Of a DNA stretch of 64,000 nucleotides, positions 34,201-49,200 are shown piece after piece. Location of the stretch: assembly GCA_964016885.1 (NCBI GenBank), contig OZ024746.1, forward strand, positions 12,276,001-12,340,000, given 5' to 3'. Position numbers and translations under genes: made by a program. The stretch comes from Eledone cirrhosa (lineage: Eukaryota). The notes below the pieces were generated by a model. It was not told the DNA's origin, did no database searches, and saw nothing but the letters and a program-made list of their open reading frames with translations. The number at the start of each line of letters is the position of its first letter. The stretch's first letter is position 1.

Positions 34201-37200
34201 ACAGAGCTACAACTCCTTTTGGTCGAGTAACCTTTGAAGTGTAGTGACTGCTGGATAGCTACCATTACTCATACTTCTCGCCTCCTCAAACCACCTCTTC
34301 TACGGCTTTGATATAAATACCCCTCCGCCTCCGTGGTTTTTTTTCAGGGTTATAAGGGGCTTAGCTCTGTTTCTTGACCGCTGTATCACGTGATTGACTC
34401 CCCTCCGCCTTTTTGAGATTCTATCTCGCGCATCACAGACGTGTTTTGAAACCCTTAATGAGGTATCCTCTTGATAAGTCGGCAGACCTCACAAAACCTC
34501 TATATCTCTATGATGTAGTGTTTTTGCATAATATGCCACGATACTACGTAGTCGGGGACTATAGAAGCAGTTTAGGTATGATATATCTTATTACTAATTA
34601 TATCTAATGTTTCTTCTCTCTTCATAATGTATTATATATATATATGCACTCATATAATATCCATGGAGAAATAAATGAAAGCAACATGTAAATAATGTTT
34701 TATTAACTAACAATATTCTCTTAGAATAGCCTCAGGATGCCAGTTCGGTGTATCTTTCCTTGAAATAAAATGAAAACATCTAATGAGCTGTTGGGTCACC
34801 ACCAAAGGTTTTGTCTGCCTGTAGTGTGTCATGGACAGGTTAGCCTAACATGACCCAGTTCTCTTTTAGCTGTTGGTTATGTCAGGCGCAATAGATCAAT
34901 AGATAAAAAGAATTCTATGAAAAGTTACTTGCAATAGATCAATGCCCTTCCTATACAGATATAGATTTGCCTGATGCCCACTTAATGTAGCACTCTTCAG
35001 AGTTTTTTTTATAAATACTCTGAGCTCTTCAACCTTTCATGCAAAATTTAATTTCTCTATTGTGTCTAATGGTTAGAGACTGGCAGTATTTTTATACTCC
35101 AGTTATCAAATTTATAATTTCCAGTCTTAATTTTATGTCATTTTGAATTTGAATGTAAGTTTTTTAACCAGATTTTAATGTAAAATCATTTTAGTCAACT
35201 TTAAATTATCTGTAGTAATTCTCCACCTATAAATCATGAAATAATTGATTAAAGCTATCCAAGTTGGGAAAAGTGTCAGCTGAATTCCCTGTCTTGTAGG
35301 GGGTAGGGCCATTAACCCTTTAGTTACCAAACTGATTCCGGTTCTATGAAATAAAACCACCCATTTTAAAGGTTCCCAATTTAAATTTAAATCTTCCAAT
35401 ATAATTTTTTTATATGAACCTTACATTAAGTTACTGTCTTATTAATAAAATAATAATTTTAGTAGATCCCTCAAAATTCTTCATTAATTAATTAAAATAG
35501 AGTATATTTCATTAGAAATGTGATCATGAAAATGTTAATATATTTAGAGCTATTGCTAATGATTGCTACTGAATCTTTCAGAAAAGATCATAGATGAAGA
35601 GACAAAAGCCCATTTTGAAGACCAACAACAGATCTTTCATCTGATTGAATTGATTTGGAGTCTGTGTGAAATTCTTTATATTGACACAATGCCAGGTAAT
35701 TTGTTCATCTCTTCTAATCTTTTCATGTCTTTCAATTCCACTTCATATATGTTGGTTCAGAGCTAACCCAGTGTTTCTCTAGTTGGGGTTTGCGATTTCA
35801 GAATGGGGCATATATACTATGTTATATACTAACATTGTTTGATAATGGTGGGGGAGGGGGAGATGCATTTTCTTTTCCTTTTTAAATCAAAGTGTGTCAC
35901 AGGACGAAAAAGGTTGAGAAAAACTGCTGTAAGCTCTATTCATTGAACCAACTATCTTCTTGCATCTTTTAACTTATTTTTCCCTCGTGATCATATATGA
36001 TTACTTCCCTTAGTATTTAATACTAACCTCCTTTTGTTTTCACACTACCTCCCTAAGTCAAATAGTGAGAATTGATAGTTTTTTAACATGACCATACCAA
36101 AATTGTTTTTAGTTTATAAATTAAGATAAATGCATGATTTTTTTTCAGTGAAGATTTCAAACTGAATTTTTTAAAGGATGTAGCAAAAGATGTCATATTT
36201 TCAGATTATTAAATAAAATAAACAATATAATATAATAAAATGTAAGCAAAAGCATAAAAAAAACAATTATTTTCTGTAAGTACCAACTTATGTATACTTA
36301 TTTGTACACGTAATTGCTCAGGTGCTGCACCTATACGACAGTTACGAGGGTGGATAAGGTGGCATTTCACAGAAGGTAACCAGCTGGCTACAGAAATAAT
36401 ACAGGATGAAAAGCCTGAGAACCATCCACGTTTTTGGGAAGCTGTGAGTATTATTCTTGCCTGTTTACATCTCTGAATACTCGGTATATCAATGTGTGAA
36501 CAATTCTGAGATAGTCATTGTGATAATTTTAATTTTTCACACTATCAAACTTACCATCAGTATTTTTTTTATTTAACCCATATTAAACCCTTTTGTTATC
36601 ATATTTCTAATGAAAGACACTGTCTAAGGTGTTCAAATAATTTTGAAAATAATCAAGAATTTGGAGATATTTAGTAATATAACTTACATTTTCTGAACAT
36701 TAGGTTATCATGGAGGCATATGGCTTAGTGGTTAGAGCATTGGCCTTGCAATCGAAAGGTTGTGAGTTCAATTCTCGGACCGGGTCTCTATCATTCCACT
36801 GCAAAGTGGTCGTGGAGGTGCCACGGCAAAAAAGCACTCAGCACTCACTGTAAATGAGGTTGGTGTTAGGAAGGGCATCCAGCTGTAGAAATCAAGCCAG
36901 TATTAGTTCCCGTCTCACCCTTGGAAGCAGGGAAAAGTGGACGTACAATGATGATGATGATGATGAACCAGGTCAGGTTTGGTATCAAGAGTAAACACTT
37001 TTGACCAAGTCAATATTGTCAATACCAGTCAACAAGAAAGACATGTATATAGGCAATGGTTATGCTGTTTAAACATATCGACTGGAAATGTTTGAATGGC
37101 ATTTCACTAAAATCAAAATTACAGCAATTATATATTTTGGAGAGAATGCTTCTTTTAAAAAAAAAGCTAATGTAATAAATTTGTTTCTCATATTTTTAGA

Positions 37201-40200
37201 TTTACCGATTACTGCTACAGGGAAGTGTTGATGAGGCGCGACAGTTGTTTTTGCTTCATTCATCATGTCACATGGAGAGTTTCGCCAGTTTAGAAGAGTT
37301 AATGCGCAAGATGCCTCAGTTGGCTGTAAGTTATAATACAAATGTCTATAAGTTTCCTTTTGCTAAAATATTTGTCAGCTATCTTGGGTCTCAAATACCC
37401 CCCCCCCCCCCCCCTCCAAGTTTATTAACCTTTGCTAATCTATCTCTGGCGAAATTTTATTTTAAGTGGTAGCATTCCTGCGATAATTTTCTTTAGAGAT
37501 TGAAAAACATTATACATGACAAACAAAGTACATTACTAGAAATCCCATATGTTATAAAATAAATAGGATGGGTTGGGGTCTCTATGTAAACTAAATGATT
37601 AATTCGGGTTTTTAAAAAATCAACGGTGACAACCTAGAATAATTACCAGCCCCCCCCCCCCCCCCCCCCACACACTATTATTTGGGACCCAAGAGTATTT
37701 TTAGATAAATTCTATCCTCACTAATTTATATCTATTATTTGAATGAATTTTTATATATGATTGAAAAAATATAATTCAGAAAATTCATAACATTATTAAT
37801 GGTATTTGATTTAAATTTTGTTAAAATAGTGAAGTTTATTTGTACTTAAACATTTCATTTTAACACGTTTCATTTTAGAAATTAGAATCACAAAATCATA
37901 AATAGTTCAATCACATTTATTGATAATTCATTCTTCCAAGCTTCAAAGTCAAAGAAATTGTAAATTACTTTTCTATTGTTTAATCCACTCTGGTTGTCAG
38001 CACACTGTCTCTTTAATATGAAGTTTTTTTAAATTCTTAACATCCTGTACCATAAGAAACCACATTAGTAAAACATTGTTGAAAAGTATAAAACTACACT
38101 GGCTGTATCAAACTAAAAATTAGTCTTTACTTTACAGAAAATTTGCTCAACAATCTGCCCACTAGTAAAGATACTATACACATTTGAATTAACAAATCAA
38201 TTTTTAGATATTTTCTGCCAAATCATTACAGGAGGTTAAAAGTTAATTAAGCAGATTTTTCTTTAATTAAAGAAATTTTGTTTATTTTCAGAATTTTGTA
38301 TCTCAAGGCAGATCTCTACCAGAATTTGAAATGAAATGGAGACATTGGCGAGATGAATGCAGCAGGAGATTGAAGAATGGTGATTTCATTGCTAATGAAC
38401 ATTTAGAAACTATGGCCAAAGTAATTTCTATTTAGTTTTGAAACCTAATCATTTTGTTATTTTATTGTGATTCTGTGTCTTAGAAGTATTATTTTTGGTG
38501 GAGAATGTTGAACTGTTATCCTTCCAGTTAATTTGTTAATATACGGTTATGCTGTATCACTAGCAATAACACTTAATGTTCAATGTTCCACATCATTTGT
38601 AAATAGGTGCTATGAAAAGCAAAACAACACTGGATGTCACTCAACCACTTAACATCAAAGCTAGGCAGGACAATCTCCAACACATGTCACCCAATACAAA
38701 AGGAATGATACATTGGATAATGTAGTCTTAGATAAAATAGGTTTGAAAAAAAGATGGGATGGTAGCAACTGAAACATCTTCAATCATGAGTCTTCCTGAT
38801 GGGGGCTGACCTGGGGGGGTAGCAGCATCACAAGCCAACAAAGGTTCTCACTATTTAACTGATTTGTTGGTCAAATATCTCTAATAATCTTTATAATAAA
38901 GACCACACATTTAACTTATAAACCTAAACCCTTTAGCATTTACATTACTCTATATTTACTATTGTATTTTCATGGTAAAGGAAAATCTCACATAATTAAT
39001 CTCTTGTAATATTGAATCTATGAGCTTTTGATATTATTTATTTTGAGAAGAATACCTTAACATCAGTATGAGTGGCCAGTTATAGCTGGTTTGAACAGAA
39101 AGGGGTGAGAGAATTCTGGATGGATATGGCCAATTTAAATGTTAAAGGGTTAAGACAATATAATATTAAGGAGTCTATGGCTAGTGGTACCAAACAAATA
39201 TTTGTTTACGTCTGTGTTGTAGGTCTTCTCAAGTAACAACCAGTATTGTCCTATTTCTTCCCCCATCTCATATTTATTGTTATCACCAATGATATTATCA
39301 TTATGTTCTTTGTCATCATCATCATCATTGTTTAGACTGAGAATAATGGATTGGCAGAGTTGTTAGAGCTTCAGACAATGCTTTATAGTATTTGTTCCAG
39401 CTGTTTACATTCTCAGTTCAAGTTTGCCTTTCATCGTTCTGAGGTCAATAAAATAAAGTACCAGTTACGTACTGGTGTTGATATTGATTTTTTCTTCTCC
39501 AAATTGCTGACTTTGTGACTAAATCAGAAACCATATTATATAGACTGTTCATTATATTGTGGCTAGATCAGAAACCATTATTAAGGGGTGGATTATCAGT
39601 AGAGGGTCGGACACTATGCTTTGACGCAAAGAGTAACGTCCCTTCACGATCTGAGTTCAAATCCCGCCGAGGTTAACTTTGCCTTTCATCCTTACGGGGG
39701 TCGATAAAATAAAGTACCAGTAATGTACTGGGTAATTGCTGGCCTTGTGCCAAATGTAGAAACAATTATTATATAGACTGTTTATTAATTATGATAGATT
39801 TTACTAATTCTTGTTTTAACAGATTTTATGTGGAGAGGAGGCAGTCTTCTATCAAATGAAAGACTTTTGTGAAACTTGGTTCCATATGTTGGTTTCCAAA
39901 CTGTTTTACCAAAATCCTGTTGTAAAGACCATGGAATTACAATATTATATACAGGTAAGCCTTGAGTATTTTGATCATTATATTTGTATATTTTAGAGTG
40001 GTGATGTGGTGGGGGATATTCAGTGTCAAATTATATATCTCTATGCTCTGAATTTAAATCCTGGTGTCCAAATCTCTCTAGTATGTCTGAATAAGGAGTT
40101 CTAGAAGATTGCAGTTGTAGTAAGGAAGGATTATGAAAGGTGTTTAGTATTGGCTTTGGCAAATAAGATACATTTGGGATGATAAGCAGTGTAAAAGGTT

Positions 40201-43200
40201 AGTCAAGGGTGTCACAAAACATGCTAGCACAGTAAAGCATTTTTGGAGTACTATCCATGCTTCTGGGACTATAAAATCACTAAGGATTGTTTTTGACTTG
40301 CGTATTGTCATTACTATGTATACTTTGGTGTCATTGTGTTTTTGTTTAATTTCTTTGTAGCCTTGTATTGATATGTATCGAGGAGACAACCGGATGGCTC
40401 AGTTAGACAATATCCTTATTGCTTTATTTGAATTTGACATTAACCAAATGATTCGCAGTTGCTGGTGAGTTCTGTATTGTTGAATTATCTTTTATAGTCT
40501 TTGGCTTTCTTTTCACAATTTATTTTAGTGTCAGATGTTATATAAATTAGTGTGGCAGATTGGCAGAGTTTTGGAAGTACTTTCAGGTATTTTTTCCATC
40601 TCTAAGTTCATATCCCACCAAGATCAACTTTATCATTCATCCTTCTGGGGTTGATAAAATAAAGTACCAGTCAAATACTGCAGTTGATACAATTGACTTT
40701 TCTTTTCTCTCAAAATTGCTGGCTTTGTGCCAAAACTAGAAAACATTTTTATAAAATGAAATACCATTAATTTAAATTACAGCATATTTTGTTTATAATC
40801 CAGTTATAATAATAGTTTACAGCTTAATGACATGAGTTAGTGTACAGATCAAAGTCTGAAATAATGAATAAATAACATTGATCTATTCCTATTTCTCTGT
40901 TTCTTTTGAGTTTCTACAAGAACAAGGGAGAGATACTAACATACATTGAATTTAGGTGTCAATGAGTTGACTATGAGTTGACTATGTAATTCATCTTTTC
41001 AAGAGCAAGCCATTAGTGTCATCATTTTTATGTTAACTTTTCCATACTTGCATGGGTTGGACAGGACTTATTGAGATAGTGTTTTACAGATAGAGGCCCT
41101 TCTTCATACTAACCCTTTTAGTCGGTTCTTATGACAGGGATATGGTGTATTCTAAACTGGATATACATGGTATACAAAAGGAATTTGAATTCATTGCAGT
41201 GAATAACAAGACTAGCTGGTCAACTCAGCTGATTTATAGGGCCTCTATTTTTGTGCTAGAAAAAAAAAAGGTTTGATTATCTTTGCTAAGTGGAGAGAAT
41301 ACTTTGCTGATCTAAACCCGGTCACAACAACATTTGCTTTGATGTGCCATTGGGAGCGATAACTAACCTCTTGGAGGCTGAGGTTACAAGGGCAATTAAA
41401 GAGCTCAAATGTGGCAAGGTCGCTGAGGAAGATGAAATTTGGCCCGAGATGTCCAAAGACTTAAGTAGAGAAGATATACTCTGGCTAACTCGTATGCTGG
41501 GTTCCCTAGATTTCTGGAAAGGCACCTAAGCAACGACAATTGGGAGTGATAATCCCTATTTTCAAAAAGGGAGACGAGAGATTGCTCCAATTATAGAGAG
41601 ATTTTATTAAGCCTCCCGCTTCCAGTAAAGTCTCTGCTAAGTGTCTGGCAAAGAGATGTAGGGAGATTGTCAAGTCCAAGCTAGCTGATGAACTCTGGTT
41701 TTTGCCCCGGACACAGCACAGTTGACCAAATATATAATCTGTTAATTCATCTCAATATTTACATATCCTTTAATGTTTTAACAGAAAATATCTAAAAATA
41801 GGTTTAGGTAAATCAAATGCTTGTAGTATCTTTACTTGTGAAAACTTTAATTTTTAAAGGGATACTGTTATAGTGCTGTTTTGTGCTTTTCAAGAATGCC
41901 TTGCTAATGCAGTTTCATGTGGTACAGGATATTAAGAGTTAATAATTTTGATGTTTCTATGTTAATATCTTTGCAGCACTTACCTTGACAATTGGTGGTT
42001 CACAGCCCATCTTGCAGATCTTTTGACTCACAGTGGCTTCCTTGTACCCCAGAAATTACCGTTAGTTCTTTTAAATTTTATATATATATTAACTTATATA
42101 TCCCTAACACGTTACCATATTTATAATAAAATACTTCGTATTTTAATTAAATAAGGAAGAATTTAAGAAAGAGTTACTAAAATTATAATTTCATTAAGAT
42201 AGCATTTGTAACATAATAAAATGTTCTTATATAAAATTATGTTGGTTTTCATTTAAAATGAGTGGTTTTGTTTCATAGAAATAAAGTATTAAATTATTAA
42301 ACCTTTGTGTTTTATGGTGCTCCTTTTCTCTCATTTTTCACACTTTTATTTTTTATGTTAATTTTTAAAATTTCATGTTGAATGTTTTATTTAAATTCTA
42401 AAATATAGACATTTTCTTTTTCTGATTATTTTATAGTCATGGCTTAAGTATGAGAGAATATTTACTGCTAGATTATGCTTCCAGTCTGATGTCCCACAAA
42501 AGGTAAGAACTGAATATATTTTCTAGTATTCTTCCTATATCTAACTATACAGTATAACGCATCACAGTACTGGGTGTTAAAAGGCCATTCCGTTGTTTGA
42601 GCATTCAGCATCCTGTAATGATTTAGCAGATAATATTGGAAAAATTGGTTTCTTAATTCAAATGTTTATAGTATTTTTACTGGTGGACAGATTACTAAAC
42701 ATTTGCAGTATTAAGTAAAGACTTAGTGTTGTTTCATACTTTTCAAGAATGTCTTGCTAATGTGCTTTCATGTGGTACAGGATGTTGAAGCAAGAACACA
42801 CAAAATCTGTTACCTTCACTTTACTCTGTACTGGTATGGTATTGTTCTGTAACTCCTGATGAAGTCATAGGGGCACTGTATAGACATATGGCATTTCTTG
42901 GGCATTTTAAACCTGGCGGAGCCCATCCCTCTCCAGGCCTACTATGTATTATGAAGTATCAAATACTTTCATCATACTACTGTAAACTGTTCATTGACAT
43001 TATCCACTGTATTTATTGAAAATTGGTTTCTGGCCAGATTGTTTTATTTTTATTGCTTTTTGTTCTTTTCTTAAGCATGAGAGGAGTTTAGTTTGATATA
43101 TAAAGTAATTTTTATGTTTTAGCCAGTTGCTCTGAATGATTAATCTTGCCTTGTTTAATCCTTTCAGTGCCATATTTCTAATGAAAGACACTGGTTATGG

Positions 43201-46200
43201 TATTTTAATAACTTTTCAAATAATCAAGAATTTAGAGAGATTTATTTCTAACAGATGGAGTGGAATTGTGTGAATAAACAGGTTGCAGAAGTGTAGCAAC
43301 TTTTTACCACTTCATAGTATATAGTCTTATTAATAAATAAACAAAAGTGAAGGTGAGAGATTTTGTGTGTTCTTAAATGACTAATACACACATGCACACC
43401 TTCCATGATATATTACCTTTAATTATTATACTAACTGTTCTTTTTTCTTACATTTCAAATTAATAAAACTTTAATTAACATCTAAAAGACAATCTGTATT
43501 CTATTGTTTATAATTTTAAATTTTATGATTTCATGTTTCTAAATATTGGATCATATTGTTGCAGTTTATGGGCTATTGGTATCCACTATTTTGACTTCTG
43601 CCCTGAATTTGGCAGGTAAGAGTTGTTTTCTGTTCTGTTTTTCATTGGATGCTTGCAACAAATATGTCAAACCAAACACAGAAACGTTAATCAAAAGTCA
43701 AATATTTAAACACATTATGAACACAAGATTCACCAAAATAGTTTACCTTCAATTCTTTTGATTATAATAAAAACTATATATATATTTCATTAATATTGCA
43801 TTCATCTCCTCCACACTTTTGTTGTTGGTGGGGAGGGGGGTCCTTTATATATATCATCATGATCATCATAATCATTTTATGTCTGCTTTCAAAGTTGGCA
43901 TGGGTTGGACGAGTCACCACAGTCCAAGACCTGACCAATTGGAGCAACTTCATCTTGCTCATACGTTTCATATTTGGCATAGTTTCTGTGATGCCAACCA
44001 CCTTACTGAGTGTAATGAGTACATTTTTCGTGGCACCAGCACTACCACTTTACTGGATGAACTTGCTGTGACACTAGCACTAGAGAGATTGTCATATGTT
44101 TAGCCAGACTGGGGTCTTCTCAGATCCTATATATTCTCCATTCAATTGCCAAACACTGTAGCCTCAGGTCTTTGGCCACGTTTACTTTTATTGTAAGTGT
44201 TGGGGCTGTATTTATTCCTTGTAACTTTGGTACTAAAACCAATAAATGTCTGAGGATATACACAGTTAAGTATATGGTTGTTCTTTGCTGATTGACATTC
44301 TTCTAAACAGCATCAGTTAGATTTGCATGAGCTGATACCACCACCACCACCACCATGATCAGTTATAGATCAGGCCTGGACATCCCAAAATTAGATTACT
44401 AGGTTTGTAGTATAAATTATTTTGGAAATACTAAAAAATTAAAGTTAACTGTATTTTTTCTTTGTTATTTAAGAACTGTCTAAAGTTTTTTTTTTTGTTT
44501 TGTATTTCCATATATATTTTTGTTTGTTCAGGGAGTACTTGGAACTTTACTTAGAACGTATCCCACTTGACACGGAGAAGAAGGTGCTGAAGTTATTGAA
44601 TATATGTGAAACTAGAGGCCTGCAGGAGCACGGTGGGGTTTTATTTTTTTTTTTTAGCTATTGTATTAGTATTGATTTATTTCATTTGTCTTTTAGATTG
44701 TATGAGGAACATTTATAGAATGTGAAAGCTGCTTTAAGTCTTTCACTACCATTTTTCTAATGAAAGGCCCTACCTATTATTTTCAAATCCTTTTGGAAGT
44801 AATCAAGAATATAAGTGGCATGAATTGTTAACATTTCAAGACAAATGCTGCAAATCATTTTCTCCAATGCTTGATTCTTCCACTCCTCCATTATTGACTG
44901 GTACTTCGTTGACCCTAGAAGGATGACAGGCAAAGTTGACCATGGCAGGATTTGAACTCGGAATGTAAATAACCAAAACAAATATTATCATACAAAGCAT
45001 TTTGTTTGACCCTCTAACAGTTTAGTCATTTCATTACCTCTGTTCTTAAGGCAAAGAAGTAGTAATCACATAATTATAGGGTGTAGTTTAGCTCCAGAAT
45101 GGTCAGGATCCAAGAGCCCTATCGCTGCTATTGTCATCATTGTCACTAACAAGGGAACCTCTTTGTAGTTATTGAACTGACAAAAATAGCAGCTAAATCT
45201 CTTTCAAATCATAGCCTATCTATTTAAAAAGGGACACATTGGATAATGTAATCTGAGATGTACAGTATCTGAATAAAAGATGAGATAGTCACGACCGGAA
45301 CATCTTTGATCCTAGGCCTGCTTTAACTCTTAATGTCCTGTACTGCATGAAACCTCATTAGTAAAACTTACTTGAATAGTACAAAATAACACCATGACTA
45401 CATCATATAAAGATTAAAGTCTCTAATACTGCAATTGCTTACAATGATCTCTCTACTAGTAAAGACAATATAAACATTTGAATTAAGAAACCCTATTTTT
45501 AGATATTTGTTTTACCAAATTATTACAAGATGTTAAGAGTTAAGTATACTTTTTATTGTTACAGCATCTCATCAATGAGGTCCATTGTTCTCAGGTTTAA
45601 CTTTATCATGATCTTCCATGTCTTAATCTTCCTGTATTCCTAGTACCCAGTTAACATCCACTGACAACATCTTAACACCAACCTCACATCATCATTTGCA
45701 ATTTCAAAACGAAAAAAAAACAACAAAAAGGACCTTAAATTTATAAAGTATAACATTTATAGGCATCATTTTAAATAATCTCTTTTTTTTTCTAGCCAAA
45801 TCTATTTGCAAAGTAATGGGTAAAAAATGTCTGAAAACAAAGCGGGTTGGACAAGCCCTAAGCTGGTTCCTCAAGTCAAAGGTATATAAGATTTTACTTT
45901 CTCTTATGAACATCTGCTAAACTTCTTTGCAGTTATAACGGTTTTGTCACCTATTTTAGTAGCTTATAAAAATTTATGTATGGAATAGACAATGTAAGAA
46001 GTGATATTTCTGTTTTTCTCAAAGGTGGTTGCCATGGACTCTCAGTCTTTGTATAGGAATTCAAAGAAAAAATACACTGAAAAATATGAATTCAGTACTA
46101 CAAGCTAACTCTATTTTATAGTGGTGTTGTTGCCAATACTGCTCTGTAGTGTGAATTTAGCTGCTAAGTATTAACCCTTTTGATACCAACTCACTTAAAA

Positions 46201-49200
46201 CTGCTCTGGTTTCATTCTAGAATGTTCACACTTATATTAAACCTCTAATAATTTTATTTAAGAAATTTTTGTTAAAATAATATTTCAAACATCAGCTAAC
46301 TAATGAAAGGATTAGATATTTTAAGTTCCTCCAAATTTTCAAAGCTAATAACACACATAGACAGTGTATTTTATTAGAAATAATAGCAAAAGGGTTAAGT
46401 ATTTATAGACACAACACAGAGGTTGTGATTGGATATGAACTGCTGACTTCTGAGTTGGCCATCTTGGCTGTTCTCACTCTCTTTTAGTGTTTATGAAGTG
46501 AAGCAGAAATTTTTTTTTTACATTAAGAGAATTGAAACTTATTTCAAATTCAAATATTGTTTGGAATTTAAAAAAATCTCTTGAAAAATGTATTAAACTA
46601 AATCTTCTTTTATTGTGGCTCTCAGACCACAAAGCCAGGTTGATACAACTGGTCCCAATAAAACAATTATATGGACAGTTGAAAGCTTACTAAAGCTGCT
46701 CCAATGAGGGCTTTGAGTTTTATTCGATGAAAAAGCTTGTCTTGTTGCATTAAAGAATTTGTTTAAAGCAAAAAAGGGGAGATTGATATATGATATTAAT
46801 TCCAGTTTATAACAGTTAATTGCATATCATCATCACCACCACCACAACCATCGTCATCATCTTCACCACAACCACAACCATCATCTTCACCACCCCACCA
46901 TCACCATTAGTAGTTTAGGTGTGCGTTGTGTTATATCCTTTTAATATGTTGACATTTCTTTTACAGGATAGTTCATATGCAACTTTACTCTCAGAGAGGT
47001 AAGCACTTGAAAACTATATAATAATAATCATCATCATCATTTAACCTTTAACATCCTTATAATGATTTAGTAAAAAAATGTGTTACTTCAAATGTTTATA
47101 TTATTTTTACTAATGGACAGAATGTTGTGCCATGTATTCTACTATAAATACTTTTTAATTTTGTAAAAGTGATGCTGAAAATAAGATTTAGAGCTAATGG
47201 TAGCCTGATTAGAATTTAATTTAGAAGCAGACATTGAAGCTCCCTTTCTAGTAAAATATTATAGTTTAGTTGAAATTTCCTATCTTTGATAGAATCCTGA
47301 CAGAATATTGTGAAACTGGACAGTTCTCCCATTTGGATCTTCTGGAAAACCTTGGTACATCTATGTTTTTGAGCAGTAAATTAACTTTTCTAGGTAAGTT
47401 TTGTTTTTTATTTTGTGTTGTTGATGTAACTGTATTTAAACAAAATCATCATTAGTTTTTATGTTCATTCTTCCAAGCTGGCATGGGTTTGACAAGTCAC
47501 CATCTCAGTTCTTATTTGAAGTTACTGCTCTCCTAGATGAATCAGCTACCATCACTTACAAGTTCCAATTATTGGCTTGGTTCTATTGCTTGATGCCCTT
47601 CCTATTGTCAACTTATGTTCTGGGTGCATTTTATCATGACCATCACTAGAAAGGTTGTCTTGTCACTGGCAAGACTAAAGAGAGTCCTCTCTCTATACTA
47701 TGTTATGTCTGTTACCCCACCAGATTGTTGTCTCATTCATGACGACTAAAGAGAGTCCTCTCCTCTCTATACTATGTTGTGTCTGTTACCCCACCAGATT
47801 GTTGTCTCATTCATGACAAGACTAAAGAGAGTCCTCTCCTCTCTATACTATGTTGTATCTGTTACCCCACCAGATTGTTGTCTCATTCATGACAAGACTA
47901 AAGAGAGTCCTCTCCTCTCTATACTATGTTGTGTCTGTTACCCCACCAGATTGTTGTCTCATTCATGACAAGACTAAAGAGAGTCCTCTCCTCTCTATAC
48001 TATGTTGTGTCTGGTACCCCACCAGATTGTTGTCTCATTCATGACAAGACTAAAGAGAGTCCTCTCCTCTCTATACTATGTTGTGTCTGTTACCCCACCA
48101 GATTGTTGTCTCATTCATGACAAGACTAACGAGAGTCCTCTCCTCTCTATACTATGTTGTGTCTGTTACCCCACCAGATTGTTGTCTCATTCATGACAAG
48201 ACTAAAGAGAGTCCTCTCCTCTCTATACTATGTTGTGTCTGTTACCCCACCAGATTGTTGTCTCATTCATGACAAGACTAACGAGAGTCCTCTCCTCTCT
48301 ATACTATGTTGTATCTGTTACCCCACCAGATTGTTGTCTCATTCATGACGACTAAAGAGAGTCCTCTCCTCTCTATACTATGTTGTATCTGTTACCCCAC
48401 CAGATTGTTGTCTCATTCATGACGACTAAAGAGAGTCCTCTCCTCTCTATACTATGTTGTGTCTGTTACCCCACCAGATTGTTGTCTCATTCATGACAAG
48501 ACTAAAGAGAGTCCTCTCCTCTCTATACTATGTTGTGTCTGTTACCCCACCAGATTGTTGTCTCATTCATGACGACTAAAGAGAGTCCTCTCCTCTCTAT
48601 ACTATGTTGTGTCTGGTACCCCACCAGATTGTTGTCTCATTCATGACAAGACTAAAGAGAGTCCTCTCCTCTCTATACTATGTTGTATCTGTTACCCCAC
48701 CAGATTGTTGTCTCATTCATGACAAGACTAAAGAGAGTCCTCTCCTCTCTATACTATGTTGTGTCTGTTACCCCACCAGATTGTTGTCTCATTCATGACA
48801 AGACTAAAGAGAGTCCTCTCCTCTCTATACTATGTTGTATCTGTTACCCCACCAGATTGTTGTCTCATTCATGACAAGACTAAAGAGAGTCCTCTCCTCT
48901 CTATACTATGTTGTGTCTGTTACCCCACCAGATTGTTGTCTCATTCATGACGACTAAAGAGAGTCCTCTCCTCTCTATACTATGTTGTGTCTGGTACCCC
49001 ACCAGATTGTTGTCTCATTCATGACAAGACTAAAGAGAGTCCTCTCCTCTCTATACTATGTTGTATCTGTTACCCCACCAGATTGTTGTCTCATTCATGA
49101 CAAGACTAAAGAGAGTCCTCTCCTCTCTATACTATGTTGTGTCTGTTACCCCACCAGATTGTTGTCTCATTCATGACAAGACTAAAGAGAGTCCTCTCCT

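Noticed and set aside
33964-34607. Pair of near-identical 64-aa ORFs on opposite strands
   Set aside because: They start at TTG, have no recognisable domain and simply mirror the inverted repeat
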